64,000 bases of DNA from Pseudomonadota bacterium. GTDB taxonomy: Bacteria > Verrucomicrobiota > Verrucomicrobiia > Limisphaerales > SXTU01. The DNA is taken from the NCBI GenBank assembly GCA_009922615.1, contig RFVF01000014.1, forward strand, positions 2,188 through 66,187, read 5' to 3'. A model generated the notes under the pieces. It worked only from the letters and a program-made list of their open reading frames with translations. It did not search any database and was not told where the DNA came from. Shown one piece after another: positions 43,767-53,082 of the stretch (the first letter of the stretch is position 1; every line of letters begins with the position of its first letter). The translations under genes were made by a program, and so were the position numbers.

Positions 43767-44986
43767 GAATCCCAACCTCCATCTTGGTATTGCTTGCGTT
43801 CGCCGCCCAGGTCGCTGGCGCACAGGAAGCACTCCGGTCCAGTTTGAGCGACGCGTTGCATTATCAATCGCCGAGCGGCTTTATCCGGGCGGACCTCAGC
43901 GGATTGGTAGATTTGGAGGCTTACTTCATTGACCGGCGGCCGCCGGGCTTGATTTTCGGCAATGCCGATTTGTTCAATCCACGGCTCTCGCTCTTTCTCG
44001 ACACGCATCTGGGCGAGCAGTTTTATAGCCTCGTCCAGTTCCGCGCCGACCGGGGGGGTGACCCGCGCTCGAAGCCCGATGGGGATGTGCGCGTTGACGA
44101 ATATCTGCTGCGCTGGACGCCGTGGACTGACGGGCGGGTGAATGTGCAGGCGGGCAAGTTCGCCACCGTCTTCGGCAAATGGGTGCAGCGGCACGATTCG
44201 TGGCAGAACCCGTTCATCACCGCGCCGCTGGCCTACGAGAACGTGAACACCATCACCGATCAGTCCGCGCCCGGCAGTCCGGCGGCCTTCCTGGCGCGCC
44301 GCAGTGTGGCGGACCAGAAGGCCAAGTGGCTGCCGGTCGTTTGGGGGCCGGCCTACACGAGCGGGGCGAGTGTTTTTGGGCAGGTCGAGCAATGGGATTA
44401 CGCCGTGGAATTCAAGAACGCTGCCATCTCCTCGCGCCCTACGGTCTGGGATGCGCAAAACCTGGGCTGGGACCACCCGACGGTGTCCACTCGCCTCGGG
44501 CTCACGCCCGGCGCCGCGTGGAACTTCGGCGTCTCTGCCAGCCGCGGTGCCTATCTGCTCCCGGCGGCGGAAGCTTCGTTGCCCGTCGGGCGCGGCCTCG
44601 GGAGTTACGCGCAAACGACGCTGGGCACGGACGTCTTGTGGTCACATCACGCGTGGCAAGTCTGGGGCGAAGCTTTGGTCGCGCGCTTACAAGTGCCGAG
44701 GGTCGGCAACGCGGACACGTTCACTTATTTCGTCGAGACGAAATACAAGCTCACCCCGAATCTCTTCGCCGCCGTGCGCTGGAATCAGCAGCTTTGCGGC
44801 ACGGTGCCGGACGGTGCGGGCGGCACGCAGCATTGGGACCGAAACCTCAGCCGGGTGGACACCGCGCTGGGCTACCGTTTCACCCGTCATTGGCAGGGTA
44901 AGCTGCAATACAGCTACACCCACGAGAACGCTCCCTTCCAGCAGAGCGAGCAGCTTTTGGCGGCGCAATTCACGGTGAAGTTTTGA
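43763..44986 (+). CDS. Outer-membrane beta-barrel (porin-like) protein
   Basis: The GTG at 43763 overlaps the cyclase TGA (GTGA). Signal IPTSILVLLAFAAQVAGAQ. Alternating beta-strand pattern. C-terminal ...AAQFTVKF ends in the aromatic residue typical of OMPs. Confidence 0.7.
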   Translation: MRIPTSILVLLAFAAQVAGAQEALRSSLSDALHYQSPSGFIRADLSGLVDLEAYFIDRRPPGLIFGNADLFNPRLSLFLDTHLGEQFYSLVQFRADRGGDPRSKPDGDVRVDEYLLRWTPWTDGRVNVQAGKFATVFGKWVQRHDSWQNPFITAPLAYENVNTITDQSAPGSPAAFLARRSVADQKAKWLPVVWGPAYTSGASVFGQVEQWDYAVEFKNAAISSRPTVWDAQNLGWDHPTVSTRLGLTPGAAWNFGVSASRGAYLLPAAEASLPVGRGLGSYAQTTLGTDVLWSHHAWQVWGEALVARLQVPRVGNADTFTYFVETKYKLTPNLFAAVRWNQQLCGTVPDGAGGTQHWDRNLSRVDTALGYRFTRHWQGKLQYSYTHENAPFQQSEQLLAAQFTVKF

Positions 44987-45087
44987 ATAAGCCGGTCGTT
45001 TCTTGCGATCCCTCCGCCGGAAAGTGTGCGGTGTTTTTGCTTGGGTTGACCCTGCCAGTGAGGCACAGTTCCGTGGAAAGTTAAATT

Positions 45088-46245
45088 ATGGCTCGAATCG
45101 CTTGGCAAAAAATCAACTGGTATAACTCGGTGTTCCTGCTCGGCACCTTGTTGGTCACACTCACGGCGGTGCCCGTCTATCTCTGGAATCACGGGATTTC
45201 GTGGTTTCTGGCGGGGATGTTCGTTCTGTTCTTCATTCTTACGGGGTTGAGCATCACGCTGGGCTATCACCGGCTGTTCTCCCACCACTCGTTTCAGGCG
45301 GCTTGGCCGGTGCGGCTCATGACCCTGATCTTCGGGGCAGCCGCGTTTGAAAACTCCGCGCTGACTTGGTGCGCTGACCATCGCCAGCACCACAAACACA
45401 CCGATCACGAGGAAGATCCCTACAACATTTCGAAGGGTTTCTTCCATGCGCACATGGGCTGGATCATGTTCAAGCTGGGCGAGCCGCCTTCGTTTGCGTG
45501 CGTGCCGGACCTCGAGCGCGACCCGCTCGTGAGGTGGCAGCACAAGTATTACGTGGTGATCGGGTTGCTGGCGGGTTTTGTTCTGCCGGCTGTCATCGGC
45601 TGGTTCTGGGGCGGGGCGGATGTTGCGCTGGGTGCGTTTCTCATCGCCGGGGTGGCCCGCACGGTCTTCGTCCACCACTCGACGTTTTTCATCAACTCGC
45701 TCTGCCACACGCTGGGCAAGCAGCCGTATTCCGACCGCTGCACGGCCCGCGATCACTGGCTGATGGCGTTCTTCACCTTCGGCGAGGGCTACCACAACTT
45801 CCACCATGCCTTTCAGCATGATTACCGCAACGGTGTGAAGGCTTGGCAGTTTGACCCGACCAAATGGTCGATCTGGCTGCTCTCGAAAGTAGGAATGGCT
45901 TCCCATCTGCGCCGGGTCCCGGAAGAGCGCATTCGCCACGCGGAGATCACCGAGCAGCAGCGGCAGTTGGCTGCGAAAATGGCGGCGATGCCATCCGCGC
46001 GCGTCGCCAACGTGCGGGCGCAGGTGGAAGCGGTGCAGGTCCGGCTGCACGAGGCTTTCGAGCGTTGGGAGAAACTCGAAATCGAATACCGCCGTGCGAT
46101 GGAGAAGAAGATCGAAGCCTCGCGCGAGAAGCTCAACGAGCTGTCGCAGGAATTCCGTGAGGCACGGGAGAAGCTGATCGTGGCCTTTCAGGAGTGGGAT
46201 CAAGCCCGGACCTCGGCGCTCTCGGCCATGCTCGCAGGCGCTTGA
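45088..46245 (+). CDS. Acyl-CoA (delta-9 type) fatty acid desaturase with C-terminal coiled-coil extension
   Basis: 385 aa. Histidine boxes HRLFSH, HRQHHKHTD, HNFHHAF. Confidence 0.9.
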   Translation: MARIAWQKINWYNSVFLLGTLLVTLTAVPVYLWNHGISWFLAGMFVLFFILTGLSITLGYHRLFSHHSFQAAWPVRLMTLIFGAAAFENSALTWCADHRQHHKHTDHEEDPYNISKGFFHAHMGWIMFKLGEPPSFACVPDLERDPLVRWQHKYYVVIGLLAGFVLPAVIGWFWGGADVALGAFLIAGVARTVFVHHSTFFINSLCHTLGKQPYSDRCTARDHWLMAFFTFGEGYHNFHHAFQHDYRNGVKAWQFDPTKWSIWLLSKVGMASHLRRVPEERIRHAEITEQQRQLAAKMAAMPSARVANVRAQVEAVQVRLHEAFERWEKLEIEYRRAMEKKIEASREKLNELSQEFREAREKLIVAFQEWDQARTSALSAMLAGA

Positions 46246-46267
46246 CCCGTGAGATTCTGACCTCTGA

Positions 46268-46300
46268 GGGCGGCGGTTCATTCCGCCGCCCTTTGCTTTT
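46268..46300 (+). terminator. Rho-independent terminator after the desaturase gene
   Basis: GGGCGGCGG-TTCATT-CCGCCGCCC stem-loop followed by TTTGCTTTT, located between convergent genes. Confidence 0.6.
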
Positions 46301-46308
46301 CCACCGGC

Positions 46309-46734
46309 CTACTTCCCCGGTTCCGTGTCGGGCTTTACCTCGTGCTTGTGCTCGTGCGCCTTGGCGGCCAGCGCATTTTCGATGCACTCGACGAGGTTTT
46401 TCAGGCCCACAGGCTTGGGCAGAAACAGATAGCCTCCGTTGATCATGCCTTCCGCGGCTTCGCGTTTTGACAGGGTGGCGGTGAGGAAAATGACGGGGAT
46501 ATCCTTGAGCGCCGGGTCCGCCCTGAAGCGGCTGGCCAGCTCGCCGCCATCTGTGCCGGGCATGATGACATCCAGCAAAATCAGGTCGGGCTTGAACTCG
46601 CGGGCGGTGGTGTGTGCGTGGGGAGCGCGGTTCTCCTCGCGCACGACGTAGCGCTTGGTGGTCTCCAGATTCAGCCGGATCATCCGTGTCAAGGCGGACT
46701 CGTCGTCGATCACCAGGATGCGTTTCTGGTCCAT
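46309..46734 (-). CDS. Single-domain response regulator
   Basis: 141 aa. RILVIDDESALTRM...LILLDVIMPGTDG...KP. Confidence 0.9.
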   Translation of the reverse strand: MDQKRILVIDDESALTRMIRLNLETTKRYVVREENRAPHAHTTAREFKPDLILLDVIMPGTDGGELASRFRADPALKDIPVIFLTATLSKREAAEGMINGGYLFLPKPVGLKNLVECIENALAAKAHEHKHEVKPDTEPGK

Positions 46735-46736
46735 GA

Positions 46737-48431
46737 TCAGGTCTTCTCCGTTCGCAGTGTGATCGTGGCCCGCGCGCCGGCCGGGGAGAGGTTCTCCAAT
46801 TGGATCGCTCCTTCGTGCAGCTCCACGATTTTACGCGAGACCGTCAAGCCTAGGCCGGTGCCTTTGCCGGTGGCCTTGGTGGTGAAGAAAGGTTCAAACA
46901 CCCGTCCCAGCTTGTCCTGCGGAATGCCCGTGCCGGTGTCGTCGATCTCCGTGACCAGCACCCGCTCGCCCGCGCGAAACGTCTGGGTTTGGCGGGCTCC
47001 TTGGCTCGGCCGGGCCTCTTCCGGAGTGAGTTTCTTGATGTAAGTGCGCACCGTGAGCCGTCCCCCTTCGGGCATGGCGTGGATGCCGTTGGTCAAGGCG
47101 TTGACAAAGACCTGCTTGATCTTGTTGGCGTCCGCGAGCACGGGGGGGAGGTTGTCGCAGAGATCCGTTTCCACCGTTATCTGGGCGGCCTTCAACTCGT
47201 GTTTCACGAGGTTGATCGAGCTGCGCACCAGGGAGTTCAAGTCCCACGGGCGCAAGTCCACCTTGCCGGGCGCGGAGAAGTCCAGCAGCCCCATGATGAT
47301 ACCATCGGCCCGGTGCAGCGCGTCCTGCATGTCCTTCAGGACGGTGCCGACGGCTTCGTTGCTCGTCGGGTCGATCGCGTTCGTGAGGTAATCCATTCCC
47401 ATGCGGATCACCGCCAGCGGGTTCTTCACCTCATGCGCGATGCCTGCCGCCATCTGGCCCACAGTCTGCATTTTTTCCATCTCCACCATCTGCTGCTGGG
47501 CTTCCTTGAAGCGGCTGTGCGAGCGTTGCAGGTCGGCCAGCGTGCGCAGCAAATCCTCTCGACTGCGGGCCAGGTCCGTGTGGGCCTTCTTCAACTTTTC
47601 CTCGCCGCGCACCCGCGCCGTTACGTCCCAGAAGATGCCCTGTGTGCCGATGATCTTGCCCTGGGCGTCGAACACCGGCGACTTCACCACCTGCACGTAT
47701 TCCTTTTCGCCGCCCGGTGGCGTGTGTTCTTCGACGGCTTCAAACACCTTCCCGGCGGTCATTACTCGTTGGTCGTCTGCTTGATATTTTTCGGCCAGCT
47801 CGGCGGGGAAGAAGTCATAGTCGGTGTGACCGACGATTTCCTGAAAGGTGCGGCCCAGCTCCACGCAGAAGCGGCGGTTCGCAAAGGTGAAGCGGCCCTG
47901 CGCGTCCTTCCGGTAGATGTATTGCGGCAGGCTCTCCACGAGCGATTGGTAGAACGCCTCCGAATCACGCAGCGCCCGCTCCACCCGCTTGCGTTCCATG
48001 GCGTAGCGCACTGCCCGGCGCAACAGCACCTCGTCCATCTGGCCTTTGACGAGGTAGTCCTGCGCCCCGTCCCGCACCGCGGACTCCGCGAAGTGTTCGT
48101 CATCCAGCCCGCTCATCACCAAAATCGGCAGCTCCGCATGGAGGGAATGAAACTGGGTGAAGGTGTCGAGCCCCCGGCTGTCCGGCAGAAACAGGTCCAG
48201 CAGCACGATGTCGAACGGGCCGTGCGCAGCCTTGATGCCCGCGCCCAAGTCGGTGACATGGGTCACGGTGAAACCGGTCGCCAGCAACCCGCCGATGAGC
48301 AGCGCATCAGCGGGACAATACTCGATGAGCAGCACCCGCGTGGGCTGGGACACGTTCTTCGCGTTGGCGTTGGCGGCAGACTCGTTCATGTCGTGCACCG
48401 GCTTGGCGGCTTTCGGATATCGGCGAAACAT
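46737..48431 (-). CDS. Receiver + PAS + HisKA + HATPase histidine kinase
   Basis: 564 aa. N-terminal REC (IVLLDLFLPDSRG), PAS, H-box AAGIAHEVKNPLAVI, G-box DTGTGI...GKGTGLGL. Confidence 0.9.
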   Translation of the reverse strand: MFRRYPKAAKPVHDMNESAANANAKNVSQPTRVLLIEYCPADALLIGGLLATGFTVTHVTDLGAGIKAAHGPFDIVLLDLFLPDSRGLDTFTQFHSLHAELPILVMSGLDDEHFAESAVRDGAQDYLVKGQMDEVLLRRAVRYAMERKRVERALRDSEAFYQSLVESLPQYIYRKDAQGRFTFANRRFCVELGRTFQEIVGHTDYDFFPAELAEKYQADDQRVMTAGKVFEAVEEHTPPGGEKEYVQVVKSPVFDAQGKIIGTQGIFWDVTARVRGEEKLKKAHTDLARSREDLLRTLADLQRSHSRFKEAQQQMVEMEKMQTVGQMAAGIAHEVKNPLAVIRMGMDYLTNAIDPTSNEAVGTVLKDMQDALHRADGIIMGLLDFSAPGKVDLRPWDLNSLVRSSINLVKHELKAAQITVETDLCDNLPPVLADANKIKQVFVNALTNGIHAMPEGGRLTVRTYIKKLTPEEARPSQGARQTQTFRAGERVLVTEIDDTGTGIPQDKLGRVFEPFFTTKATGKGTGLGLTVSRKIVELHEGAIQLENLSPAGARATITLRTEKT

Positions 48432-48574
48432 CCTTCAGGACTGGCCCAGGGCCCGGCGTTTCCAACCCAGCCGCCGCCGGGAAAAAACTGGAGTTCATTG
48501 ACGAGGTCGAGGCTAGTTTGAACATGCGGACGGTTCAATTCAAAACCCGGCGGCGGAAAAAACTTTCATCTGCG

Positions 48575-49339
48575 TCACGGCACGCGCGCCAGCGCATCCC
48601 GTTTCACCCAGCCGGCCCGCTGAGATGCGTCTCGCACCAGCCACCAGTCGTCCTTTGTTTCGATCACCTGCACCTCGGATCCATCGCGCAAACTGTGGAC
48701 GGCCTTTGACTCCGTCATCGGACCGGGCCGGACCGGGGCCTCGGTCACGATCACCACCGCGAGTTGGGTGGCACGCCGTTCCCATTGCGCGGCGATGAGC
48801 AGGGCAACCAACCCCAAGGCGGCTGCCCCCAAAGCCTTCGTTGGCCCGGCCAAGGCCGCGCGTTTGCCGGGCAGCAGCTCGCCCAAGGCGAGCAACAGAA
48901 ACCACGCCCCTAAGCCAGCTCCGGCCAGCCATGTCCACTCATCGAGTGTCAGGGAATGCAGTGTCCGTTCGCCCAGACCGGCCTCCTCGGAGACGCCCAA
49001 GCTCTTCCGGGCGAATTGCAAGTTGGCCCGGACATCCGGGTCGCGCGGTGATAGCCGGAGTGCTTGATGGAAATGCAGTATCGCGCGTCCCGGCTGACCG
49101 CTCTTGAAGCGTGCGTTGCCGAGGTTGAAGTGCACTGCCGCTGACACGGGGCCGTTGGTCAGCATTCGCTCGTAAGCCGTGGCCGCCTCCGCGAACTTGC
49201 CCTGCTCAAACAGTTTGTTCGCCGTTTCAAACTCCGCCGTCGGCTGCGCGTTGCCCGCGAGCGCGAACATCATCACCCCGAGCCACCAGCCCAGACGCGA
49301 GCCACGGGTGAAAGTCCGATTGAGCAAGAACGCGTTCAT
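48575..49339 (-). CDS. batE: BatE-like TPR + SH3 domain membrane protein
   Basis: The track ORF extends to 49795, overlapping batD. The ATG at 49339 (ATGA overlap with the batD stop) gives MNAFLLNRTF... with TPRs (FNLGNARFKSGQPGRAILHFHQAL), a TM segment and a C-terminal SH3-like VQVIETKDDWWLVRDASQRAGWVKRDAL. Confidence 0.75.
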   Translation of the reverse strand: MNAFLLNRTFTRGSRLGWWLGVMMFALAGNAQPTAEFETANKLFEQGKFAEAATAYERMLTNGPVSAAVHFNLGNARFKSGQPGRAILHFHQALRLSPRDPDVRANLQFARKSLGVSEEAGLGERTLHSLTLDEWTWLAGAGLGAWFLLLALGELLPGKRAALAGPTKALGAAALGLVALLIAAQWERRATQLAVVIVTEAPVRPGPMTESKAVHSLRDGSEVQVIETKDDWWLVRDASQRAGWVKRDALARVP

Positions 49340-51132
49340 TCTGCCACCTCCAGTTTCCGCAGTTCCACCACGAGCGCGGCGAATTGCTCCGCCAGTTTGG
49401 ACAGCTCGCGAGGCTCGCGGCTGGGCGCGTAACGAGCCGCATTGCAGACCTGGAATAATTCGTGGAGCGAGGCCCGCGTCGTCTCGCTGGCACCGAGTGG
49501 CTTGAGGCGTTCGTCGATCACTTCTTCCGTGATCGCGCTGGCGGGCAGGTCCAGCCGTTCGCCGAGCTGCTCCTGCAACAGCCGGAACAGCGCGGCGAAG
49601 AACGGCTCGCCTTCGCCACTGGAGGCGCGGCGGCGCAGCTCGGCCAGTCCCGTCGTGACCAGTTTCTCCACTTCGAGGCGACGGCGCAGCCGTGAGTTGT
49701 TCGCCAGTAGCTCGGCCTGCCTGCGCCGGACAAAGAGGGCGAGCCAGAGCGCCAGCGGCCCGCCGGTCAAGGCCCAGAAGGCCGGCCGCTGCCACGCGCT
49801 CGCACCGGGGGCAACGAGCACGCCGAGATGCGGCTTGATGTGCACGAGTTCGGTGCTCACGGCGGTCGCGGGCGTATTGGTCGTGGTCATCACCACGGTC
49901 GGCGCCTGACTGGTGGCGGCGGCGCGGACTTTCAGCGGAAAGGCGGGCTGCTTCAGCGTGCGATAACCACGCGCATCGGGATCGAAGAAGCTGAAGCTGA
50001 ACGCCGGCAGCTCCTTCAGTTCCGCGCTTTGCGGCTGCACGACTTGCTCGAAAGATTTTGAGCCAACGGCGGTGATCGGGTCCGGCACGTCGGTCTTCAC
50101 GCTCGGGGGATACGTCTTGAAATCACGCCAATGGTCCAGCGAAGGCATCGGCACGCTGTCGAAGCCGCCGCGCCCGCTGACCTGGATGCGCAGCGTGACC
50201 GGATCACCCACCGCTACATCCAGCGGTGCGGCGTTGACGCTCATCTGGAAGCTGCCCACCGCGCCGCGGAAGTCGGCGGGTCGGCCGTCGAGAGGTAGCG
50301 GCTGCACGTTCACCTCGAGTGGGTCGCTGAGGATCGTGACGGCCTGCGCGCGCACGCCCCGGTTGAAGAGATCAAAGACATTGTCCCCGCCGCTGGTGCG
50401 GAGGTGCAAGTTGAACGAGCACTGTGCCGGGCCGAGCGGGAGTTTGCCTGCCTTCACGGCGGTGGCCGCAGTGCGAAACACGATGACGCGAAAAATCGAA
50501 TTGCCGACCTGCTCCTGTCCCTGCTGGTGTTGAAACGGGGCCAATGTGAAGCCATCACCGCCGAGCGTGGGCATCTGGATTTCTCCGGCGGCGGCGAAGT
50601 AGAGCCGCACTTCGAGCGCGAACGGCTCGCCGACGAAGACGTTCGTTTTGCTTGGTCGGAGCTTCACAAAGGTGAACTGCCGATAGGCTTCCGTGTCCGA
50701 CAGTTTGGCGGCAGCGGGGTGAACCTTCAGCGCGAGCGGTTGGCTGGGGAGCAACGCCCCGCCCACGGGCACCTGAAAGGCCGGGATCGTGTAATCGCCC
50801 GCCGCGTTGGGGGTGACCGCGTAGTTCAGCAACAGGCTGGCCGTGCGTTGGCCATTGATGATCGAGAACTGCTGTTGCTGGCCCGCAAACTGAATCTGGA
50901 GGTTAGGAACGTCTGGCAGACGTGGCACGCCGCTGGGCTGGCCACCGTCGAAGCGCAGCGTCAACAACGCCTGCTCGCCGACTCGGATGGCGTTGCGATC
51001 CAGTGACGCGCTGAACGTGGCGGCGTCCAGCGTCGCGAGCAGCCCGAGAAAAATTCCAGCAACCAACGTCCAGAGGCCCAGGCAACGGAGCTCCTCGATC
51101 CTCGACTTTCGACTTTCAACATGAACTTTCAC
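49336..51132 (-). CDS. batD: BatD-like (oxygen tolerance family) membrane protein
   Basis: 598 aa. The GTG start overlaps the batB/C stop (GTGA). Repeated beta-rich extracytoplasmic domains are followed by a TM and a C-terminal helical tail. Confidence 0.8.
   Translation of the reverse strand: MKVHVESRKSRIEELRCLGLWTLVAGIFLGLLATLDAATFSASLDRNAIRVGEQALLTLRFDGGQPSGVPRLPDVPNLQIQFAGQQQQFSIINGQRTASLLLNYAVTPNAAGDYTIPAFQVPVGGALLPSQPLALKVHPAAAKLSDTEAYRQFTFVKLRPSKTNVFVGEPFALEVRLYFAAAGEIQMPTLGGDGFTLAPFQHQQGQEQVGNSIFRVIVFRTAATAVKAGKLPLGPAQCSFNLHLRTSGGDNVFDLFNRGVRAQAVTILSDPLEVNVQPLPLDGRPADFRGAVGSFQMSVNAAPLDVAVGDPVTLRIQVSGRGGFDSVPMPSLDHWRDFKTYPPSVKTDVPDPITAVGSKSFEQVVQPQSAELKELPAFSFSFFDPDARGYRTLKQPAFPLKVRAAATSQAPTVVMTTTNTPATAVSTELVHIKPHLGVLVAPGASAWQRPAFWALTGGPLALWLALFVRRRQAELLANNSRLRRRLEVEKLVTTGLAELRRRASSGEGEPFFAALFRLLQEQLGERLDLPASAITEEVIDERLKPLGASETTRASLHELFQVCNAARYAPSREPRELSKLAEQFAALVVELRKLEVAE
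51094..51121. repeat. Heptamer tandem array (CTCGATC CTCGACT TTCGACT TTCAACA) in the first codons of batD
   Basis: Read directly from the sequence. Translated VESRKSRIEE on the minus strand. Confidence 0.8.
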
Positions 51133-53072
51133 CAGTTCTTGTAAATCCGGTTGTTCGCCCGCTGTGTGGCGTTGGTGGGCAGGAAGATCAACGCGCGTTC
51201 CTCGGAACGCTGCGAGTCGAGCAACTGCATCGCCTGCTGGGCGGTCATTTGCCCCAGCGCAGCGGCCTGGGCCGCGTCCTTGTCACCCTGCTCGCCCTTC
51301 TGCCCGTTCTTCTGCTTGCCCGCTTGCTCCGACGGTTTCTTTTGCTCCGGCTGTTTTTGCTCACCGGGTTGGGGCTGTGGCTTTTGCTCGTCCGGCTTGG
51401 AGCCGTCGGATGGCTGCTTTTTTTGCTCGTCTGACTTTTTCTGCTCCTCCGATTTCTTGTCACCTTGCTTCTGGTCCTGGCCTGACTTGTCCTGCTTTTG
51501 CTCGTCCTTTTTCTGCTGGTCTTTGTTCTGGTCGTCTTTTTTGTCGTCCGGCTTTTGATCCTGATTGTCTTTGGATTGCTGTTTGTCCTGCTGCTGCTTC
51601 AGCTCCTCGAGCTTGCGCTGGACGAACTCGCGGTTGTGCTTCGCGTCGGCGTCATCCGGGCGGAGCTGGAGGGCGGTGTTGTAAAAGTTGATGGCGCTCT
51701 CCCATGCCTCGCGTTTTTCCTGCGGTTGCGAGGCGGCGTCACCGGCTTGGAACTGGGCGTTGCCCAGATTGTAAAACGCGCTCTGCGCCAGCTTGGGGTC
51801 GCGCGCTCCGGTGGCGCTGCTGAAGTGCCGCGCCGCATCCTCGAACTGCCTGGCCTGATACGCGGCCGCGCCCGCATTAAAAGCCAGCCGCGCGTCCTCG
51901 GGTTTGGCGCGGCGCAAGCGGTCGTATTCCTTCAAGGCGGCCGTGTATTTGCCGGCTTCGTATTGTTTCAAGGCCTCGGCCGAGGAACCGTGCGCGTGGG
52001 TGACGGCAAGTAGGAGAGCGAGGCTCGCCGCCTTCGCCAGCGGAGCGGGGGATGGGCTCGCTGGGGCGGCTGGCCGACGCACTTTTTGTCGCTCGGGCAA
52101 AAACATTTCGAGGACGAGCAAAACAATCGCGATTCCCAGCGGCCAGTAAAATCGCTCGTGGTAGCGCTGCATCAGCTTGGCGTTGAACTCGGACTTGGGC
52201 AGCGGTGCCAGGCCGCGCTCGTAGAGCACATCCATCGTGTTGGCTCCGCGCAGGTTCAGGTAAAACCCGCCCGACGCGCCGGCGATTTGTTGGAGCAACG
52301 TTTCGTTCAACTTCGACTTCACCACGTTGCCGCTGTCGTCCTTGAGGAAATCCAACTTGCCCTTCTCGTCGCGCACCCGGATCAGTTCACCGTCCGCCGA
52401 GCCGATGCCAATGGTGAAGATGCGCAGGCCTTTTTCCGCCGCCGATTTGGCGGCCGCCACCGCGCCGTCCTCGTGATCCTCGCCGTCGGTGAGCAGCACG
52501 AGGATCTTGTGGTTCTCGCCTTCCTTGAACGCGGCGAGCGCCGTCTGAATGGTCTCGGCGATGGCCGTGCCCCCTTGCGGAATGATGTTCACGTCCAGCG
52601 CGACGACGCTCTGGCGGAAGGCTTCCTCGTCGAGCGTGAGCGGGCATTGCAGAAACGAGCTGCCGGCGAACGCCACGAGGCCGAGGCGGTCGTTCTTGGC
52701 GAGCTTCATCAAGTCTAGGGCGGCGAACTTCGCGCGTTCGAGCCGGTTGGGCGGGATGTCTGCCGCGAGCATTGAGCGGGAAGTGTCGATGGCCACGACG
52801 ATGTCCAGACCCTTCTGCGAGACTTCCTCCCACGAGAAGCCCCATTGCGGCCGCGCCATTGCAAGGACGGCGAAGGCGACCGCCGAGACGAGCAGCCCAA
52901 GCCGCACTTGCTGGCGCGTCTTGGACACCCCGACCGTGAGTTGGGCGAGCAACCGGGACTGCACGAACTGGCCGATCAACCGTTCCTTCGTGCGCCACGC
53001 CCAGACGAGAAATGCGCCCAGCAGCGGCACGAGCAGCAGCAGCCAGAGGACTTGAGGGAGGGCGAAGCGCAT
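51129..53072 (-). CDS. batB: BatB/BatC-type fusion: TM + von Willebrand A domain + TPR + Lys/Gln/Asp/Glu-rich low-complexity tail
   Basis: 647 aa. VWA MIDAS motif IVVAIDTSRSM, TPRs (AFYNLGNAQFQAGD), ~130-aa KQDE-rich region. Confidence 0.85.
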   Translation of the reverse strand: MRFALPQVLWLLLLVPLLGAFLVWAWRTKERLIGQFVQSRLLAQLTVGVSKTRQQVRLGLLVSAVAFAVLAMARPQWGFSWEEVSQKGLDIVVAIDTSRSMLAADIPPNRLERAKFAALDLMKLAKNDRLGLVAFAGSSFLQCPLTLDEEAFRQSVVALDVNIIPQGGTAIAETIQTALAAFKEGENHKILVLLTDGEDHEDGAVAAAKSAAEKGLRIFTIGIGSADGELIRVRDEKGKLDFLKDDSGNVVKSKLNETLLQQIAGASGGFYLNLRGANTMDVLYERGLAPLPKSEFNAKLMQRYHERFYWPLGIAIVLLVLEMFLPERQKVRRPAAPASPSPAPLAKAASLALLLAVTHAHGSSAEALKQYEAGKYTAALKEYDRLRRAKPEDARLAFNAGAAAYQARQFEDAARHFSSATGARDPKLAQSAFYNLGNAQFQAGDAASQPQEKREAWESAINFYNTALQLRPDDADAKHNREFVQRKLEELKQQQDKQQSKDNQDQKPDDKKDDQNKDQQKKDEQKQDKSGQDQKQGDKKSEEQKKSDEQKKQPSDGSKPDEQKPQPQPGEQKQPEQKKPSEQAGKQKNGQKGEQGDKDAAQAAALGQMTAQQAMQLLDSQRSEERALIFLPTNATQRANNRIYKNW

Positions 53073-53082
53073 GAAGGGAAAA

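Noticed and set aside
48575-49795. 406-aa version of the batE ORF
   Set aside because: The N-terminal 150 codons overlap batD in another frame and are Arg/Ala/Gly-rich. The ATG at 49339, coupled to the batD stop, gives a sensible protein.
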